This document shows, piece by piece, positions 34,896 to 45,485 of a DNA stretch of 64,000 nucleotides. A program made the translations under genes and the position numbers. Origin of the DNA: a virus (Duplodnaviria > Caudoviricetes); the IMG/VR virus record IMGVR_UViG_3300033407_000005, positions 11,735-75,734 of that record, one strand, 5' to 3'. Every line of letters begins with the position of its first letter. Positions within the stretch are counted from its first letter, which is position 1. The notes beneath the pieces were generated by a model. That model had not been told where the DNA came from. It searched no databases and worked only from the letters and a program-made list of their open reading frames with translations.

Positions 34896-37800
34896 CTATG
34901 CCACCCTCCTGCGCGGCGTCTCGGTCAGCGGCGGGGGCTTCCCCGTGTTCGACGTGATGGCGCGCAACTGGCCGACAGTTTCGACGCCGACGGCTTGAGT
35001 CAGTTTTAAGCCGCCGTCGAGCCGGGCGATCACCTCGCGCAGCAGCGCGACCACCTCGGCGTTCGATGCCCCCATAGTCTGCGCCGGGGCCTCGCCGCGG
35101 GGCAGGACCGTCGCCCCGCCTCGTTGGTACATCCATTCGTCCTGATGCACCTGCACCCACCCCGGCGGCGTGCTCTCGGTGCCCGCGGCGAACGACCGGC
35201 GCGACAGGACATCCTCGACCGCCGCCAGCACCGCCGCCCGGATCGCCGCCGTCTGCGGGGCGTTGCCGTAGGCCGCCGTCGACCGCGCGACCACATCCTG
35301 CCCGGCCGTCGCGAGATTGGCCGCCTCGGACAGGTTCCCGCCCCGCACGAGCGCAAGCGTGCGCTGGAAATTGTCGTTGGCCGCCGTCACCGACGCGGCG
35401 CCGGTCAGCCCGGACAGCCCACCGGTCGTCAACTGCTCTTTCAACTGCATCAACCCCTGCGCCTGCGTCTTCCACAGCGCGTCGAGCGTCAGCGCATTCA
35501 GCTTTTCGGCCTGCACCCGGTTGGCGCCGGTCGCGATCGCGTCGTCGAGGATCGCCTTGTTGGCCGCCTTCACCTGGTCGAGCGCCAGCTTGAACGGGTC
35601 GGTGATGCCGAGGATGGCGTCGGCGATCGTCTTGTTGTGATCGTCGACCAGCCGGCGCATCGCCTCGGCCTCGGCCGCCACTACCGGCGCCAGCGAGAGC
35701 CCGTACTGCTGGGTCTTCAGGGTGATTTCGTCGAATATCGCGCCGATCTCGTTGAGCGCCTGCTTGAACGGGCCGATCTTCTGCGTGTCGGCGACGATCG
35801 AGGAAAACGCCGAGTCGGCCGCCGTCTTCATGTTGTCGTAGATCGCGATGAAGCCGATGAAGTCCTGGATCTCGGAGGGGTCGGTCAGCGTGCCGATGCC
35901 CTGCTTGAAGGCGGCCGACACGCCCTCCAGGCTCTTCGCGATCTGGAGGCTGATCGCGCTGACCGCCTCCTGGGCCGATCCGAATTTCAGCTCGCCGCTC
36001 GCGCTGCCGATCTGCCCCCCGACGATCAGCCCGTCGCGCGACCCGATGTTGGTGTAGAGGCTTCCCGAGACCGACGACCCGGGCAGCGCCTGCAGGAGAC
36101 CCCGCGTGAACTGCTGAACCGAACTCAGGATCTGGTTGGACACCTGATCGTTCTGCGCGTTGCCCGACGAATTGACCCCGGTGATCGCGCCGCCGCCGGC
36201 GCCGAGCGTCAGGAGCCCGCCCGAGGCGAAGTTCGACGGCTTCGAGTTGCCGAAGAGTCCGCCGAGCCCGCCACCCCCAAGACCGCCGAGCAGACCGCCG
36301 ATCAACGTCCCGATGCCGGGGATGATCGAGCCGATTGCCGCGCCGGCGAGCGAGCCGATGCCTGATCCGACCGTGCCGCCGAACGTATTTCCGCCGAGGA
36401 GGCTGTTGAGGAGCATCCCGCCGCCAAAGCCCGCCCCCGCACCGGTGAGGAAGGAGCCGAACGTCGTCGATCCGAACAGCGATCCGGTGGCTGCCGGATT
36501 CCCCGGACCAAAGAGCGTCGAGGAGAACGGTGAACCGATGCCGGAAAGCCCGGCCCCAGGCTGGGCAAAGCCAAGGCTGCCGCCGATGTTGTTGAAGAAA
36601 CCCGAGATCCCCCCGTTGCCGAAGAGTCCGTTGCCGCCGCCCAGCCAATCCGGCAGCAGCCCCGGTGAGCTTTCACCGAAGAATGATTTCCCGATCGACA
36701 GCGCACTTGATGCATTGCTCAACGAGAATGTGTTTGGGCCGGTCTGGGTGACCGACAGCCCGGAACCGCCGCCGCCGCCGCCTCCAAAGAGGCTCCCGAG
36801 CCCGCCGAAGCTGCCGAAGCTCTGTGCCGCGCTGCCGAAGCCAAGGGCGCCGATCAGCGAACCCAGCAGCGGCCGGATAAACAGCGCGTCCGAAATCTGC
36901 GCCGCGATCGACCCGAGCATCGTCTTGATGCGGGTGCCCCAATCCTCGACCTTGCGCCCGGAGAAGGCGTCCTCGATCGAGCGGGCGAGCGTGTTCTCGA
37001 CCGTGCTGGCGATCTGGCGGATGCCGTCGTCGAGGCGCTGCTGATTGCGCTGGGCTTCCTGTAGCTGAACGTTTGCCTGCGACAGCGCGTCGACGGATTT
37101 CAGGTAGTTTTGACCAATCTCGCTCGTTAGCGATACGCCCCGGCGCTCCAACTCTTGCCGCGCCTGGAGAAGCGTAACCTGCCGGGCGATCGTATCAGCC
37201 GTCTCGCCCTGAAGCCCGGCCACAACCCGAAGGATCTCGACCCGGCGCTGGTTGTCATTGATGCCTCGCTGCAGCTCGCCCGTGTGCCGCGCGGTGTTGG
37301 CGTCGAGGATTTCCTGCGTCCGCCGCGCCACGTCGCCGCCCCGCTGGCGCACCTCCAGCCGCGCTTGTTCTTCCGCCGCCACCCGGAGCCCCGCCGCTTC
37401 GCCGGCCTTGAGCGCCTCGGCGAGGCGAAGTTCTCCCGCTGTCCGCATTTCGACGAGGGTGGCTTCCTTGCCGAGCTCGATGTTCGCTTTCGCGCGCGCC
37501 GCGGTCGCGGCGATCGTGGCGCCGGATTCCGCCTCCGTCGCGGTGGCGCCGAGCCCGATCAGCCGGTTCCGCTCGACCAGCCGGGCACGGGCTACGTCCT
37601 GCTCGGTATTCCACAGCTTTTGGATTGCCAGATCTTCGGCCGTTTCCTTCTTCAGATTTGAGATTGCCTTGGCAACATCGGCGATCTGCTCGTCCGAGCG
37701 GACCGCGATCCCGCCGCCGATCCCGCTCGACGCGAGGTCGGTATTCGCCGGCGACGTGAGCCTTCCCACGATCCCGGCTAACCTGTTTTTGGCCAGGATA

Positions 37801-39848
37801 TTCTCGACCGACCCTTCGGGAATGGCGCCCATTCGTTGCTGCGCCCATAGGGCGCTGACATCGCCGGTCCCACCTGCCTCGATATCCCGACGGGATTGCG
37901 CACCGGCGAACTCAAGCTGGTTGGCCCGCGGGTCGCCCAGATCGGGAAGCAGGTTCCACAGCGTCCGCGCGGCGCCCCCCGTCCCGACGGCCCTCAGCGG
38001 AAGCATGCCGACATCAAGAGCATTGCGCCCGATCCATGCCCCCACCGCGCCGGCTGTGCTGATCGACTGCGGCGCCTCTCCGCCCGTCACGGCATTGGCG
38101 ATGCCCTGCATCATCCCAACGAGCGCGTCGCGCGCGCGCTGAATCGCGTCGGTGTTGCTCAGCTTGTCGAGCATCTCGTCCCAGGCCGTGCCGATCGATT
38201 TTATCGACTCGGCGGCCGGACCCATGACCTCCTTACGGGCTCCCTCGATGTTCTTGGCGATGGTGTCGATGATCCGGTTCTGCGCTTCGAGGGCGCCGCC
38301 GGTGCGCGCCAGGTCGCGTGCCGCCGTCGCCTGGCTCGCGGACAGCGCGCCGAGGGCGAAGCCCAACTTGATCGTGCTCTCCAAGCCGCCGGAGACCGCC
38401 GCCGTGAACCGCTCGATCCCCGCCACCGGCTCAAGCCCGAGCCGGGCGCCGACATTGGCGCCGATAGTCCCGATCGCGCTGGTCTGCGCCGCGTTCAGGG
38501 ACGGATTGCGCAAGAGCACCGCCTGTGCCGCTTCGGCCTCCGCGCGGGTCACACCGAGCCGCTGGAGATCACGCGCGGCGGCTTGGACGTTTGCCGCCGT
38601 CGTCACCGCGCTTTTGCCGGTGCCCTCCAAGGTCAGGTTGAAGGTGCGCAGCATCGCCGCGTTGTCGCTGGCGCGCGACAGCAATATAGCAAACCCGCCG
38701 GCAAGCGCCGCGAGCCCCGCGACAGCCGCCGTCATCGGCGTGATCCAGCCGCGGATCGTCGTCCCCAAAGTCCCCCAAATACCGGGCGCCTGCTGGCCTA
38801 TCTGGTAGAACTGCCCGGCTTGCTGAGCGAAGATCCGGAACGGCGCCTGCCCCATGAGCAGCCCGCTCACTACATCGTTGATTTGAAACGATAAATTCGT
38901 CAGGGCGAATTGCATGTTGCGGGTCGCCGCCGTCGAAGCGCCCATCGCGTTGGTAGTGGCGGTCAACGCCGCCCTGTAGCGCTGGTGGAGCAATCCCTGT
39001 TGCTGGGTCGTGATCAGACCCGCCTTCGCGACCTCATCGACCCCGGCAATCTCCTTTTTGTACGCACGCTCGGCCGTCAGAGTGGGAGTAAGCACCTCCT
39101 CATAACGCCGCGTCGCAGCGGTAAGGCGTTCTTGTTCTTTGACGGCATTGGGATCAACGGGCGAAAGGATGCCTCGCACCTGACCCGCAAACGCGGCCTT
39201 GGTTTTTTCCAAAGCAGCGATGTACCCGCCCTGTATTCTAATGCCCGCCTCATTTGCAGCATTCAAATCTCTGAGCTTCGCGCGGTATGCATCCTGCGCT
39301 GTTGCGAGGGGATTGAATTCCGCCCTCAGCCTGGCGACTTCGGTGCCGTAAGCAGCCGTAATGGTTAAAATCTGATTGTAAAGCTGTGCCTGTGCCGCCG
39401 TGGCAGCCGCTCCTGACCGTTGTGCGGCAGCCGTGCTCTCAAGCACCGCCACTTGAGCTACGAGCCGGCGATTTGTCTGATCAATAACCTCGGAAAATTT
39501 CCGGTATTCGCTGCTGGAAGCAATGGCAGCGGCAGCATTCGACACCATGATCTTGTTAGCTTCGGCCTGGCTCCCCGTCCCCAGCGACACCGCACGCTGG
39601 AGCTTGGTCTGCGCATCGGCGAGCCGGACCATCGAATCGTGGGTCGGATCGACGGCCCGCTTCAGCGATTCAAAATCTTTCGCGGAATTCTGCAAAGCCC
39701 GTGTGGACTTCGCCAGCTTGTCGTTTACCGCATCCTCGGCAAGCCCGGCCCGACCCGCGGCAGCCGCCATCAAGTCCAAGCCCTGCGCAACCCGCGCCAG
39801 GACATTGGAAGCGCCGTCCTTGATGACAACTTCGGAAACGAGCGGCAT
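34896..39848 (-). CDS. Tape measure protein
   Basis: 1650 aa Ala-rich helical; NLSFQINDVVSGL.GQAPF.IFAQQ motif. Confidence 0.95.
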   Translation of the reverse strand: MPLVSEVVIKDGASNVLARVAQGLDLMAAAAGRAGLAEDAVNDKLAKSTRALQNSAKDFESLKRAVDPTHDSMVRLADAQTKLQRAVSLGTGSQAEANKIMVSNAAAAIASSSEYRKFSEVIDQTNRRLVAQVAVLESTAAAQRSGAAATAAQAQLYNQILTITAAYGTEVARLRAEFNPLATAQDAYRAKLRDLNAANEAGIRIQGGYIAALEKTKAAFAGQVRGILSPVDPNAVKEQERLTAATRRYEEVLTPTLTAERAYKKEIAGVDEVAKAGLITTQQQGLLHQRYRAALTATTNAMGASTAATRNMQFALTNLSFQINDVVSGLLMGQAPFRIFAQQAGQFYQIGQQAPGIWGTLGTTIRGWITPMTAAVAGLAALAGGFAILLSRASDNAAMLRTFNLTLEGTGKSAVTTAANVQAAARDLQRLGVTRAEAEAAQAVLLRNPSLNAAQTSAIGTIGANVGARLGLEPVAGIERFTAAVSGGLESTIKLGFALGALSASQATAARDLARTGGALEAQNRIIDTIAKNIEGARKEVMGPAAESIKSIGTAWDEMLDKLSNTDAIQRARDALVGMMQGIANAVTGGEAPQSISTAGAVGAWIGRNALDVGMLPLRAVGTGGAARTLWNLLPDLGDPRANQLEFAGAQSRRDIEAGGTGDVSALWAQQRMGAIPEGSVENILAKNRLAGIVGRLTSPANTDLASSGIGGGIAVRSDEQIADVAKAISNLKKETAEDLAIQKLWNTEQDVARARLVERNRLIGLGATATEAESGATIAATAARAKANIELGKEATLVEMRTAGELRLAEALKAGEAAGLRVAAEEQARLEVRQRGGDVARRTQEILDANTARHTGELQRGINDNQRRVEILRVVAGLQGETADTIARQVTLLQARQELERRGVSLTSEIGQNYLKSVDALSQANVQLQEAQRNQQRLDDGIRQIASTVENTLARSIEDAFSGRKVEDWGTRIKTMLGSIAAQISDALFIRPLLGSLIGALGFGSAAQSFGSFGGLGSLFGGGGGGGSGLSVTQTGPNTFSLSNASSALSIGKSFFGESSPGLLPDWLGGGNGLFGNGGISGFFNNIGGSLGFAQPGAGLSGIGSPFSSTLFGPGNPAATGSLFGSTTFGSFLTGAGAGFGGGMLLNSLLGGNTFGGTVGSGIGSLAGAAIGSIIPGIGTLIGGLLGGLGGGGLGGLFGNSKPSNFASGGLLTLGAGGGAITGVNSSGNAQNDQVSNQILSSVQQFTRGLLQALPGSSVSGSLYTNIGSRDGLIVGGQIGSASGELKFGSAQEAVSAISLQIAKSLEGVSAAFKQGIGTLTDPSEIQDFIGFIAIYDNMKTAADSAFSSIVADTQKIGPFKQALNEIGAIFDEITLKTQQYGLSLAPVVAAEAEAMRRLVDDHNKTIADAILGITDPFKLALDQVKAANKAILDDAIATGANRVQAEKLNALTLDALWKTQAQGLMQLKEQLTTGGLSGLTGAASVTAANDNFQRTLALVRGGNLSEAANLATAGQDVVARSTAAYGNAPQTAAIRAAVLAAVEDVLSRRSFAAGTESTPPGWVQVHQDEWMYQRGGATVLPRGEAPAQTMGASNAEVVALLREVIARLDGGLKLTQAVGVETVGQLRAITSNTGKPPPLTETPRRRVA

Positions 39849-39850
39849 GG

Positions 39851-40540
39851 CTATTTGACGCTGAACACGATCGTCGGGTAGGACGATGCCCGCTTCACAT
39901 CCTTTATCGTCTTGGGCACCCCGCCCGTCCGCGTGCGGCCGACCAGGTGCCCCGGATAATGCTCAAAGGTGAACCGGAGGTTCAGCACCCCGCCGAAGCG
40001 CGACCGGACGCTTTGCATCGTCCGCTGCATGACCCCGTTCGGCACGCTCATCTTCATGTGTCCGACTTCGATCTTGCGGCTGTACGGCAACAGGCTGGTC
40101 AGAGTGACGACATCGGCGGCCTGAAACTCGATCGGCCCCTCGCCGGGCACAAACGGCCGCTCGACCCCGTTGACCAACAGCATCAGCGATTGGGCATAGA
40201 GGCCCGGATGCGGGTCTCGGGGCGAGCGCGGCCCGCCGCCGATCGGCGCCAGTTGCGAGAACACGACCGCGGCATAATCGACCGCATCGGCCAGCACCTT
40301 CGCCCCGACATCGAACAGGTAGACGATCGTGCCGCCCGGCTGCACGCTCTCCAGCGCAGCCCCCTTGTGCCCGTCGACGAATTGCTCGAACGGCGGGTCG
40401 CGCCCGAGGATCGCGCGGTTCTGGGCCTGCGCCTTGGCGAACTCCTGCCGCGCGGCCCGCGCCATGATCTCGACGCGGGTCCCCTCCAGCCCGAGCGTGA
40501 AGGCGTCGACCTCGCGAGCAAAGGCTTGAAGACGGGCCAT
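39851..40540 (-). CDS. Tail completion protein (HK97 gp10-like)
   Basis: PYSRKIEVG motif; position. Confidence 0.65.
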   Translation of the reverse strand: MARLQAFAREVDAFTLGLEGTRVEIMARAARQEFAKAQAQNRAILGRDPPFEQFVDGHKGAALESVQPGGTIVYLFDVGAKVLADAVDYAAVVFSQLAPIGGGPRSPRDPHPGLYAQSLMLLVNGVERPFVPGEGPIEFQAADVVTLTSLLPYSRKIEVGHMKMSVPNGVMQRTMQSVRSRFGGVLNLRFTFEHYPGHLVGRTRTGGVPKTIKDVKRASSYPTIVFSVK

Positions 40541-40606
40541 TTCAGCTATCCCGCGATTCCATTAACCCTGATTTCCTATTGCGTATTGCGCGTCGGCGTG
40601 CCGACG

Positions 40607-40882
40607 ATGGCCCACATGAAATCTGCTCTGTTCGTCATTGGCTTTGTGAGTCTGGTCTTCGCTGGCGCTGCCGCCACGTCAGGGCCAGCCCCTCGTGACG
40701 ACCGCTGCAAACTGACCGAGCGGCAGATCAGGGAGTTTTGGGCGGCGGCTGGTCGGTTTAAAGACGAGAGCGAACGCACGCGAATGACGGTGATTGCGGT
40801 TGAGGCAGCAGAAAACCTTTGCCGTGACCTCCAGAAAGCACCAACGCCATTACCCCCGGAGCTTCAACAACTGCTTCGCTAA
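40607..40882 (+). CDS. Moron: small secreted protein
   Basis: Signal peptide, two Cys, antisense to the tail operon. Confidence 0.7.
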   Translation: MAHMKSALFVIGFVSLVFAGAAATSGPAPRDDRCKLTERQIREFWAAAGRFKDESERTRMTVIAVEAAENLCRDLQKAPTPLPPELQQLLR

Positions 40883-40914
40883 GGTCCGCCAGTTACCGGG
40901 CAGGGGATTTTGCT

Positions 40915-41343
40915 CTAACCCCTCGCCGCCGCCCGCTGCCGTGCCCGCTCGGACTCCCAGGCCAGAAACTCATCGTCGAGAACGTCGACGAAACGCAGCA
41001 ACAAATCGAACGCGCTCCCATCGATCCCGAACCGCCGGGCGTAGCGGTCGATCGCCCCGAACGGAATCCGCCCCGGCCGCGGCTCGATCAGCGTCGCCCC
41101 GCCCATCCCCGCCGCGATGACCGACCCCTCGATGATGTGCGGCCGGTCGCCATGCAGACGCCAGAAAGCCGCCCACGCGAATTCCGCGCCGGCTGGGACG
41201 AAGGCTTCTTCAGGCTTTTGGGGTGGGGGGTTGGCGGCGAAATGCGCGGCGGCATCCGGCTCCTCCTCGGCTAGATCGGCTTTCCAATCAGCGATCAGGC
41301 CGCCGTCTTCGAGCCGCCAACGGAGGAGCACGGCGAGTTTTTT
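40915..41343 (-). CDS. Tail assembly chaperone frameshift extension (gpT-like)
   Basis: -1 frame after the slippery site: KKLAVLLRWRLE...AWAAFWRLHGDR...IDRYARRFGI. Confidence 0.8.
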   Translation of the reverse strand, partial: KKLAVLLRWRLEDGGLIADWKADLAEEEPDAAAHFAANPPPQKPEEAFVPAGAEFAWAAFWRLHGDRPHIIEGSVIAAGMGGATLIEPRPGRIPFGAIDRYARRFGIDGSAFDLLLRFVDVLDDEFLAWESERARQRAAARG

Positions 41344-41738
41344 GAGGTGTCCGTGACGTATTCCGCCTCGATCTCGGACACCCGGGCCGCGGCCCATATT
41401 GTATAGTCGACGATTGCTGAAAAATCGGGCTGAAGAACCATCTCCCGATCGTAGGGTTGTTCGCTGCCGTCCTCCTTTTGGAGACCCCGCCAATCCAGCA
41501 GCAAATGCTTGACGCACAGCCTCGCCAGAGCCGGGCCGACAACATCCGGCGGCGCATCGGCGGCGTCACCATACTTGCGACGCCACTGCCCTCGCACGAC
41601 GCTGTGCTCGGCCGCGAACGGGGCGTAGTTCAGCCCCCGCACCTTCAATTCGAGACCGGGGACCGCCGTAATCCAGACCCAATCGCCTTCGTCGATGCGA
41701 GTGCGATTGGCACGCAGGGAATTGATGTTGATTGCCAT
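41295..41738 (-). CDS. Tail assembly chaperone (gpG-like)
   Basis: Follows the major tail gene; LLLDWRGL motif. Confidence 0.85.
   Translation of the reverse strand: MAININSLRANRTRIDEGDWVWITAVPGLELKVRGLNYAPFAAEHSVVRGQWRRKYGDAADAPPDVVGPALARLCVKHLLLDWRGLQKEDGSEQPYDREMVLQPDFSAIVDYTIWAAARVSEIEAEYVTDTSKNSPCSSVGGSKTAA
41337..41343 (-). other. Programmed -1 frameshift site A AAA AAC
   Basis: TCA AAA AAC near the 3' end of the chaperone gene joins the two ORFs. Confidence 0.8.
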
Positions 41739-41885
41739 GTCTCTAGTTTTCCTTCTGCCGGAAGGGGAGGCGGGACACCCCGGCAGGCGCCCCGCCTCGC
41801 ACGCGCGTGCCCCTGGGCCTCGCCCTAGAGTGACGGGCCAGGGGTCGTTTCCCCGCGCTGCCGGGCGCGGGGTTACGGTGTTGGA

Positions 41886-43367
41886 TTACGCCTCGAAATA
41901 CGACAGACGGTCGAAGCAGATCTGGGCGTTCGTCAGCGCTTCGTCCTTGCTGGCCTTGAAGTTGAGCGGCAGCATCTGGTCCTGGTTCTTGCCCGAGCTG
42001 TTCGGAGACCCGCCGCCGTTGTAGATCGCTCGCGGGATCTGGACGATGAACGCCTGGCTGCCCTTGGTCGCACGGATGCTGATCGATGTCGCCGTGCCGG
42101 CGAAGAACTTGGTCAGCAGCGAATTGTCGCCGAAATAGGGAGTCAGGGTGCCGGTCACCGTGCTTTCATGCCCGGTGATCCCGGCGGGACCCAGAGTGGT
42201 GATGTCATCGATCGGGGTGTCGTTGTTGTTGATCGTCACCATGAATTCCCTGACGAAATTTGGCCCCGTCAAGGTGGCGCCGGCCTCCCCGACCCGCCCG
42301 ACATTGGCGCTCGATGCGAATACCGGGTAGTCGGCATTGGTCAGCACCGCGTCCGGGGCGGCATCGAGCGCGACGGTTCCTTGCGTTCCGCCCATGCCGA
42401 GATAGGTCACCGCGACCTTGATGTCCTGGTGCGCCACGTAATTGAGCTGGTATTGCGACGCCACGAGACCGGCCTGCGCGATATAGGTCGGGACGGTCTG
42501 GCCGAGGAACCCGCGCTCGAGCGTCTGCCCGAGCTGGGTCGAGCCGTTGATGATGTGGTCGCCGAACCACACCTTGATCGTCTTGCCCGCGCCGGCATCG
42601 ATGGCCCACCCCGACGGGAGATTGTCGAGCGGAATGGCGGTCGCCGTGATCGCGCCGGATATCCGCACCCACGCATTGTCCGCCGCGGTGCCGGTGAACC
42701 TGTCGCCGGCCGCGGTGCCGCCGATCTTCAGCGATTGACCAACCGTGAGGCCCAATGTCGTGAAGTCCAGTACGGTCGACGCCAGGCCGGCAGCTGCCGC
42801 CGTGATGTCGCCAGCCTCGCCGGCGAACCCGACGACCTCCATCTTCGCCGCCGCCGCCGGGGCCGCCTCATCGGTGATGCCGGACCCGACAAAGGCCGGC
42901 ACGGTCGCCGATGCCGTCGTGGCGCGGAAGACGCCGTTGTTGTTGGCGACGCCAAACCCGGTGAAGTTCACGAGATGCCCCACGGCGAAGGCGTCGCCGG
43001 TCAGCACCGTTACCACCTCGCCGGCCGTCGCAACGTCGGCGATGTCGCTGTCGTCATCCCCGTCGTTGTCGCGCGTCGGGGCGTTCGTCCAGGTATTGTA
43101 CATCGCCGACTTGATGTCGGAATCGTTCGGCGAGGATGCCGCGGGGTAGATCAGCGGGTAATTGATGCCGCCGGTCGATTGCGTCCCGACATTCAGCTCG
43201 TCGCTGGTCATCCGGTCCGACCGCAACTCCCCCGGGTCGAGATAGATCGGCGTATAGTTCAAACTCTCGCCGGTGACCCGCCGCAGCCGCATCCGCGGAG
43301 TGGTCGGGGTCGTGCCGAGCGTGACTTCCTCGACCGAGGCAATCTGCAACGTATTGGTGCTGGGCAT
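41886..43367 (-). CDS. Major tail (tube) protein
   Basis: EVTLGTTP...RVTGESL...ELRSDR N-terminus; position. Confidence 0.85.
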   Translation of the reverse strand: MPSTNTLQIASVEEVTLGTTPTTPRMRLRRVTGESLNYTPIYLDPGELRSDRMTSDELNVGTQSTGGINYPLIYPAASSPNDSDIKSAMYNTWTNAPTRDNDGDDDSDIADVATAGEVVTVLTGDAFAVGHLVNFTGFGVANNNGVFRATTASATVPAFVGSGITDEAAPAAAAKMEVVGFAGEAGDITAAAAGLASTVLDFTTLGLTVGQSLKIGGTAAGDRFTGTAADNAWVRISGAITATAIPLDNLPSGWAIDAGAGKTIKVWFGDHIINGSTQLGQTLERGFLGQTVPTYIAQAGLVASQYQLNYVAHQDIKVAVTYLGMGGTQGTVALDAAPDAVLTNADYPVFASSANVGRVGEAGATLTGPNFVREFMVTINNNDTPIDDITTLGPAGITGHESTVTGTLTPYFGDNSLLTKFFAGTATSISIRATKGSQAFIVQIPRAIYNGGGSPNSSGKNQDQMLPLNFKASKDEALTNAQICFDRLSYFEA

Positions 43368-43412
43368 GGGACCGGGCTCCTGTGATTGGAATAACCGCGC
43401 CTCGGGGGAGGG

Positions 43413-43643
43413 TTAGGGTTGAGCGCCGCGGGCAGGTGCGGGTTGCCCAGGGGCGGCCCTTGGTGGCGCCGCCGTCGACTCCGGCTCGACCCGTTTCTTC
43501 GGCGCCCCGATAGCCTCCAGCCTCCCCAGCTCGACCCAGCGCTCGGGCGTGATCCGGCCGTCGATATCGCCGCCCTCGACTTCCGTGCCCGCATGAAAGC
43601 GGTGACCGGGCGTCGCGAATGTCTTGATTACGCGGTAGCGCAT
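43413..43643 (-). CDS. Small virion-region protein
   Basis: MRYRVIKTF... Confidence 0.6.
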   Translation of the reverse strand: MRYRVIKTFATPGHRFHAGTEVEGGDIDGRITPERWVELGRLEAIGAPKKRVEPESTAAPPRAAPGQPAPARGAQP

Positions 43644-43697
43644 GGCTTTTGCCTCGTCGGTTGGGGTATCGTGCGTCACTTGAACGGAAGGAGCAGC

Positions 43698-43963
43698 AGA
43701 TGGACGATCTGCAAGAACTCAATCTGACGGCGCGCCAGATGCTTTCGCCGCAAGGGCTGATCGCCTATGAAGCTCGGAAGGCCGAATTACTACGCTCTCC
43801 GAACACGACCGGGTGGACGATCGAGGAAATCCTGCGCGGCTGGCTTTGGGACGAAAGCGAACAGGAGGCGTCACAAGAGATGGATTACGTGGAGCGCACG
43901 CACCTACGCTCTGATCGCCTTCTTCGGCCCCTCTTCGCCAAAAAGGAGACGGATAATGGATGA
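43698..43963 (+). CDS. Antisense moron, hypothetical
   Basis: RBS aaggag; coupled to the next ORF. Confidence 0.6.
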
Positions 43964-44252
43964 GGATGGGGCGAACGGCACCGCACCTCAAGGAGAGAGC
44001 GACATGCCGAAAGATTCTCACCTCCGGCAAAAAGACGTTTCGGTTGCAGAACAGCTGCTGTGGGCAGCATCCAGGTCCGGTTGGGCTGTTTGGGACACAT
44101 CCTGCAAGATGAGCAACGATGCCTATGAAGCCTCGGAAGCTGATGCCGAGCGCCTGCTAACGGCGCTGCGTTCGCTTGGGCTCGATCTCGTCCGCACGCG
44201 AGAACTTTCCGATCGCGAATTCTTTAATGTAAAATGGGGCCAAGACGGTTAA
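43956..44252 (+). CDS. Antisense moron, hypothetical
   Basis: MDEDGANG...; RBS present. Confidence 0.5.
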   Translation: MDEDGANGTAPQGESDMPKDSHLRQKDVSVAEQLLWAASRSGWAVWDTSCKMSNDAYEASEADAERLLTALRSLGLDLVRTRELSDREFFNVKWGQDG

Positions 44253-44266
44253 AAAGCGCCGGCCGA

Positions 44267-44698
44267 TTAAGCCGTCTCATCGAAATCGAACGGCACCGCG
44301 GCCGATTGGCCGAAATAGAGCCCCTCTTCGGCGTCGGCCTGGCCGCCGGGCATCATCGCCTCGCAGACGACGCCGGAGAAATCCTGGCCCTCGAACATGC
44401 CGGCCGCCGCCGCGGCGAGTTGGTGGGCGCGGGCCTCGCCGGTCCCCTGCGGGATGAAGGCGAAGACCCAGATATGTCCCTGCCGACGCGCTAGGTTGTA
44501 GCCGGGGGCGCCGATCGACATGAACCCGCCGCCGTTCCACCGGACCTCGATCACCAGGAACGGCAGCGGCGCGCCGGCAGCGCTGCGCGGGCGAGCAAAT
44601 GCCTCGTTAGGGAACGCCATCGGCACCGCTGCCTCCAGCGCCGGCCATAGGCTCTCGGCGCGAGCGCGGATCGCGGCTATGGCGGTGTCGAGCGACAT
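44267..44698 (-). CDS. Tail terminator-like protein
   Basis: VPMAFPNEAF...G.IWVFAFIPQGTG. Confidence 0.75.
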   Translation of the reverse strand: MSLDTAIAAIRARAESLWPALEAAVPMAFPNEAFARPRSAAGAPLPFLVIEVRWNGGGFMSIGAPGYNLARRQGHIWVFAFIPQGTGEARAHQLAAAAAGMFEGQDFSGVVCEAMMPGGQADAEEGLYFGQSAAVPFDFDETA

Positions 44699-45287
44699 GC
44701 TTTATAGTCTCCGGCGAGGCTCACCCCGTTCCAGGTCCCTTGTCCTAGGCAACCAGCGTGAGAGTGACGGGGTGGGTCCTCAATGTTCAAAGTCGCATCG
44801 AAAACGCCAGATCGCGGCTATGGCGGTGTCGAGCGACATCGGGCTATTGTCCCTGCCGCTGTGGCGGCGCGGGGGGGGGTGGCTGCCTTGACCCTGGCCG
44901 GTGAGATGCTAAAGCATCTCAAGCCTCTGTTCCCGGACGATCTACAGATGGCTGAGGTGCTGACTTCGCCGCCGCCCGGCGAACAACATTGAGCCGCCGG
45001 GTGGGGTAGAGCAGCCCCGCCGGCCATATGAACAGGCTGTTGACATCGAAGCCCGGCGACGGCTCGCCATCGGGCCAGATCAAAAACTCGAGGTTATACG
45101 CGGTCGTCGATGATCGGAGCGTAGCCATGCTGGTCTTTCTTATTGTCGTGCTGGCGCAGTCGTCCACTATGACTATTACGCAGTTACCGTCCATGGCGGC
45201 TTGTGAGGCGCTACGAAGTGAAGCCGTCGCGGTCGCCAAGGCGGGAGCGCCGTCAAATATCACCGCAAAATGCGTTGCTGTTCGGCC

Positions 45288-45485
45288 TTAGCTGCGTGCC
45301 GCGCCCTTACGAACGCGGCCCTTCGGTGGTGGGGGCCGCCCTTTCGTCTTTGTCGGCGGCTCGCCGCGATGTTTCGGCCCGCTCTTTGCCGCCGCGTGAA
45401 CCGCTTCTCTAAACCGCTCCCAGCCGTCAGGCCGTAGCTCGATCTCTTCTGCTGTCGGCGGCTTGGCTTTGTCGCGAGGGACCAT
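45288..45485 (-). CDS. Small basic protein typical of IS1595 3' ends
   Basis: RPDGWERFREAVHAAAKSGPKHR. Confidence 0.6.
   Translation of the reverse strand: MVPRDKAKPPTAEEIELRPDGWERFREAVHAAAKSGPKHRGEPPTKTKGRPPPPKGRVRKGAARS

Noticed and set aside
34165-39368. Long overlapping Arg/Pro-rich ORFs on alternate frames here and throughout the window
   Set aside because: Shadow ORFs expected at high GC over real genes such as the tape measure, capsid and terminase.
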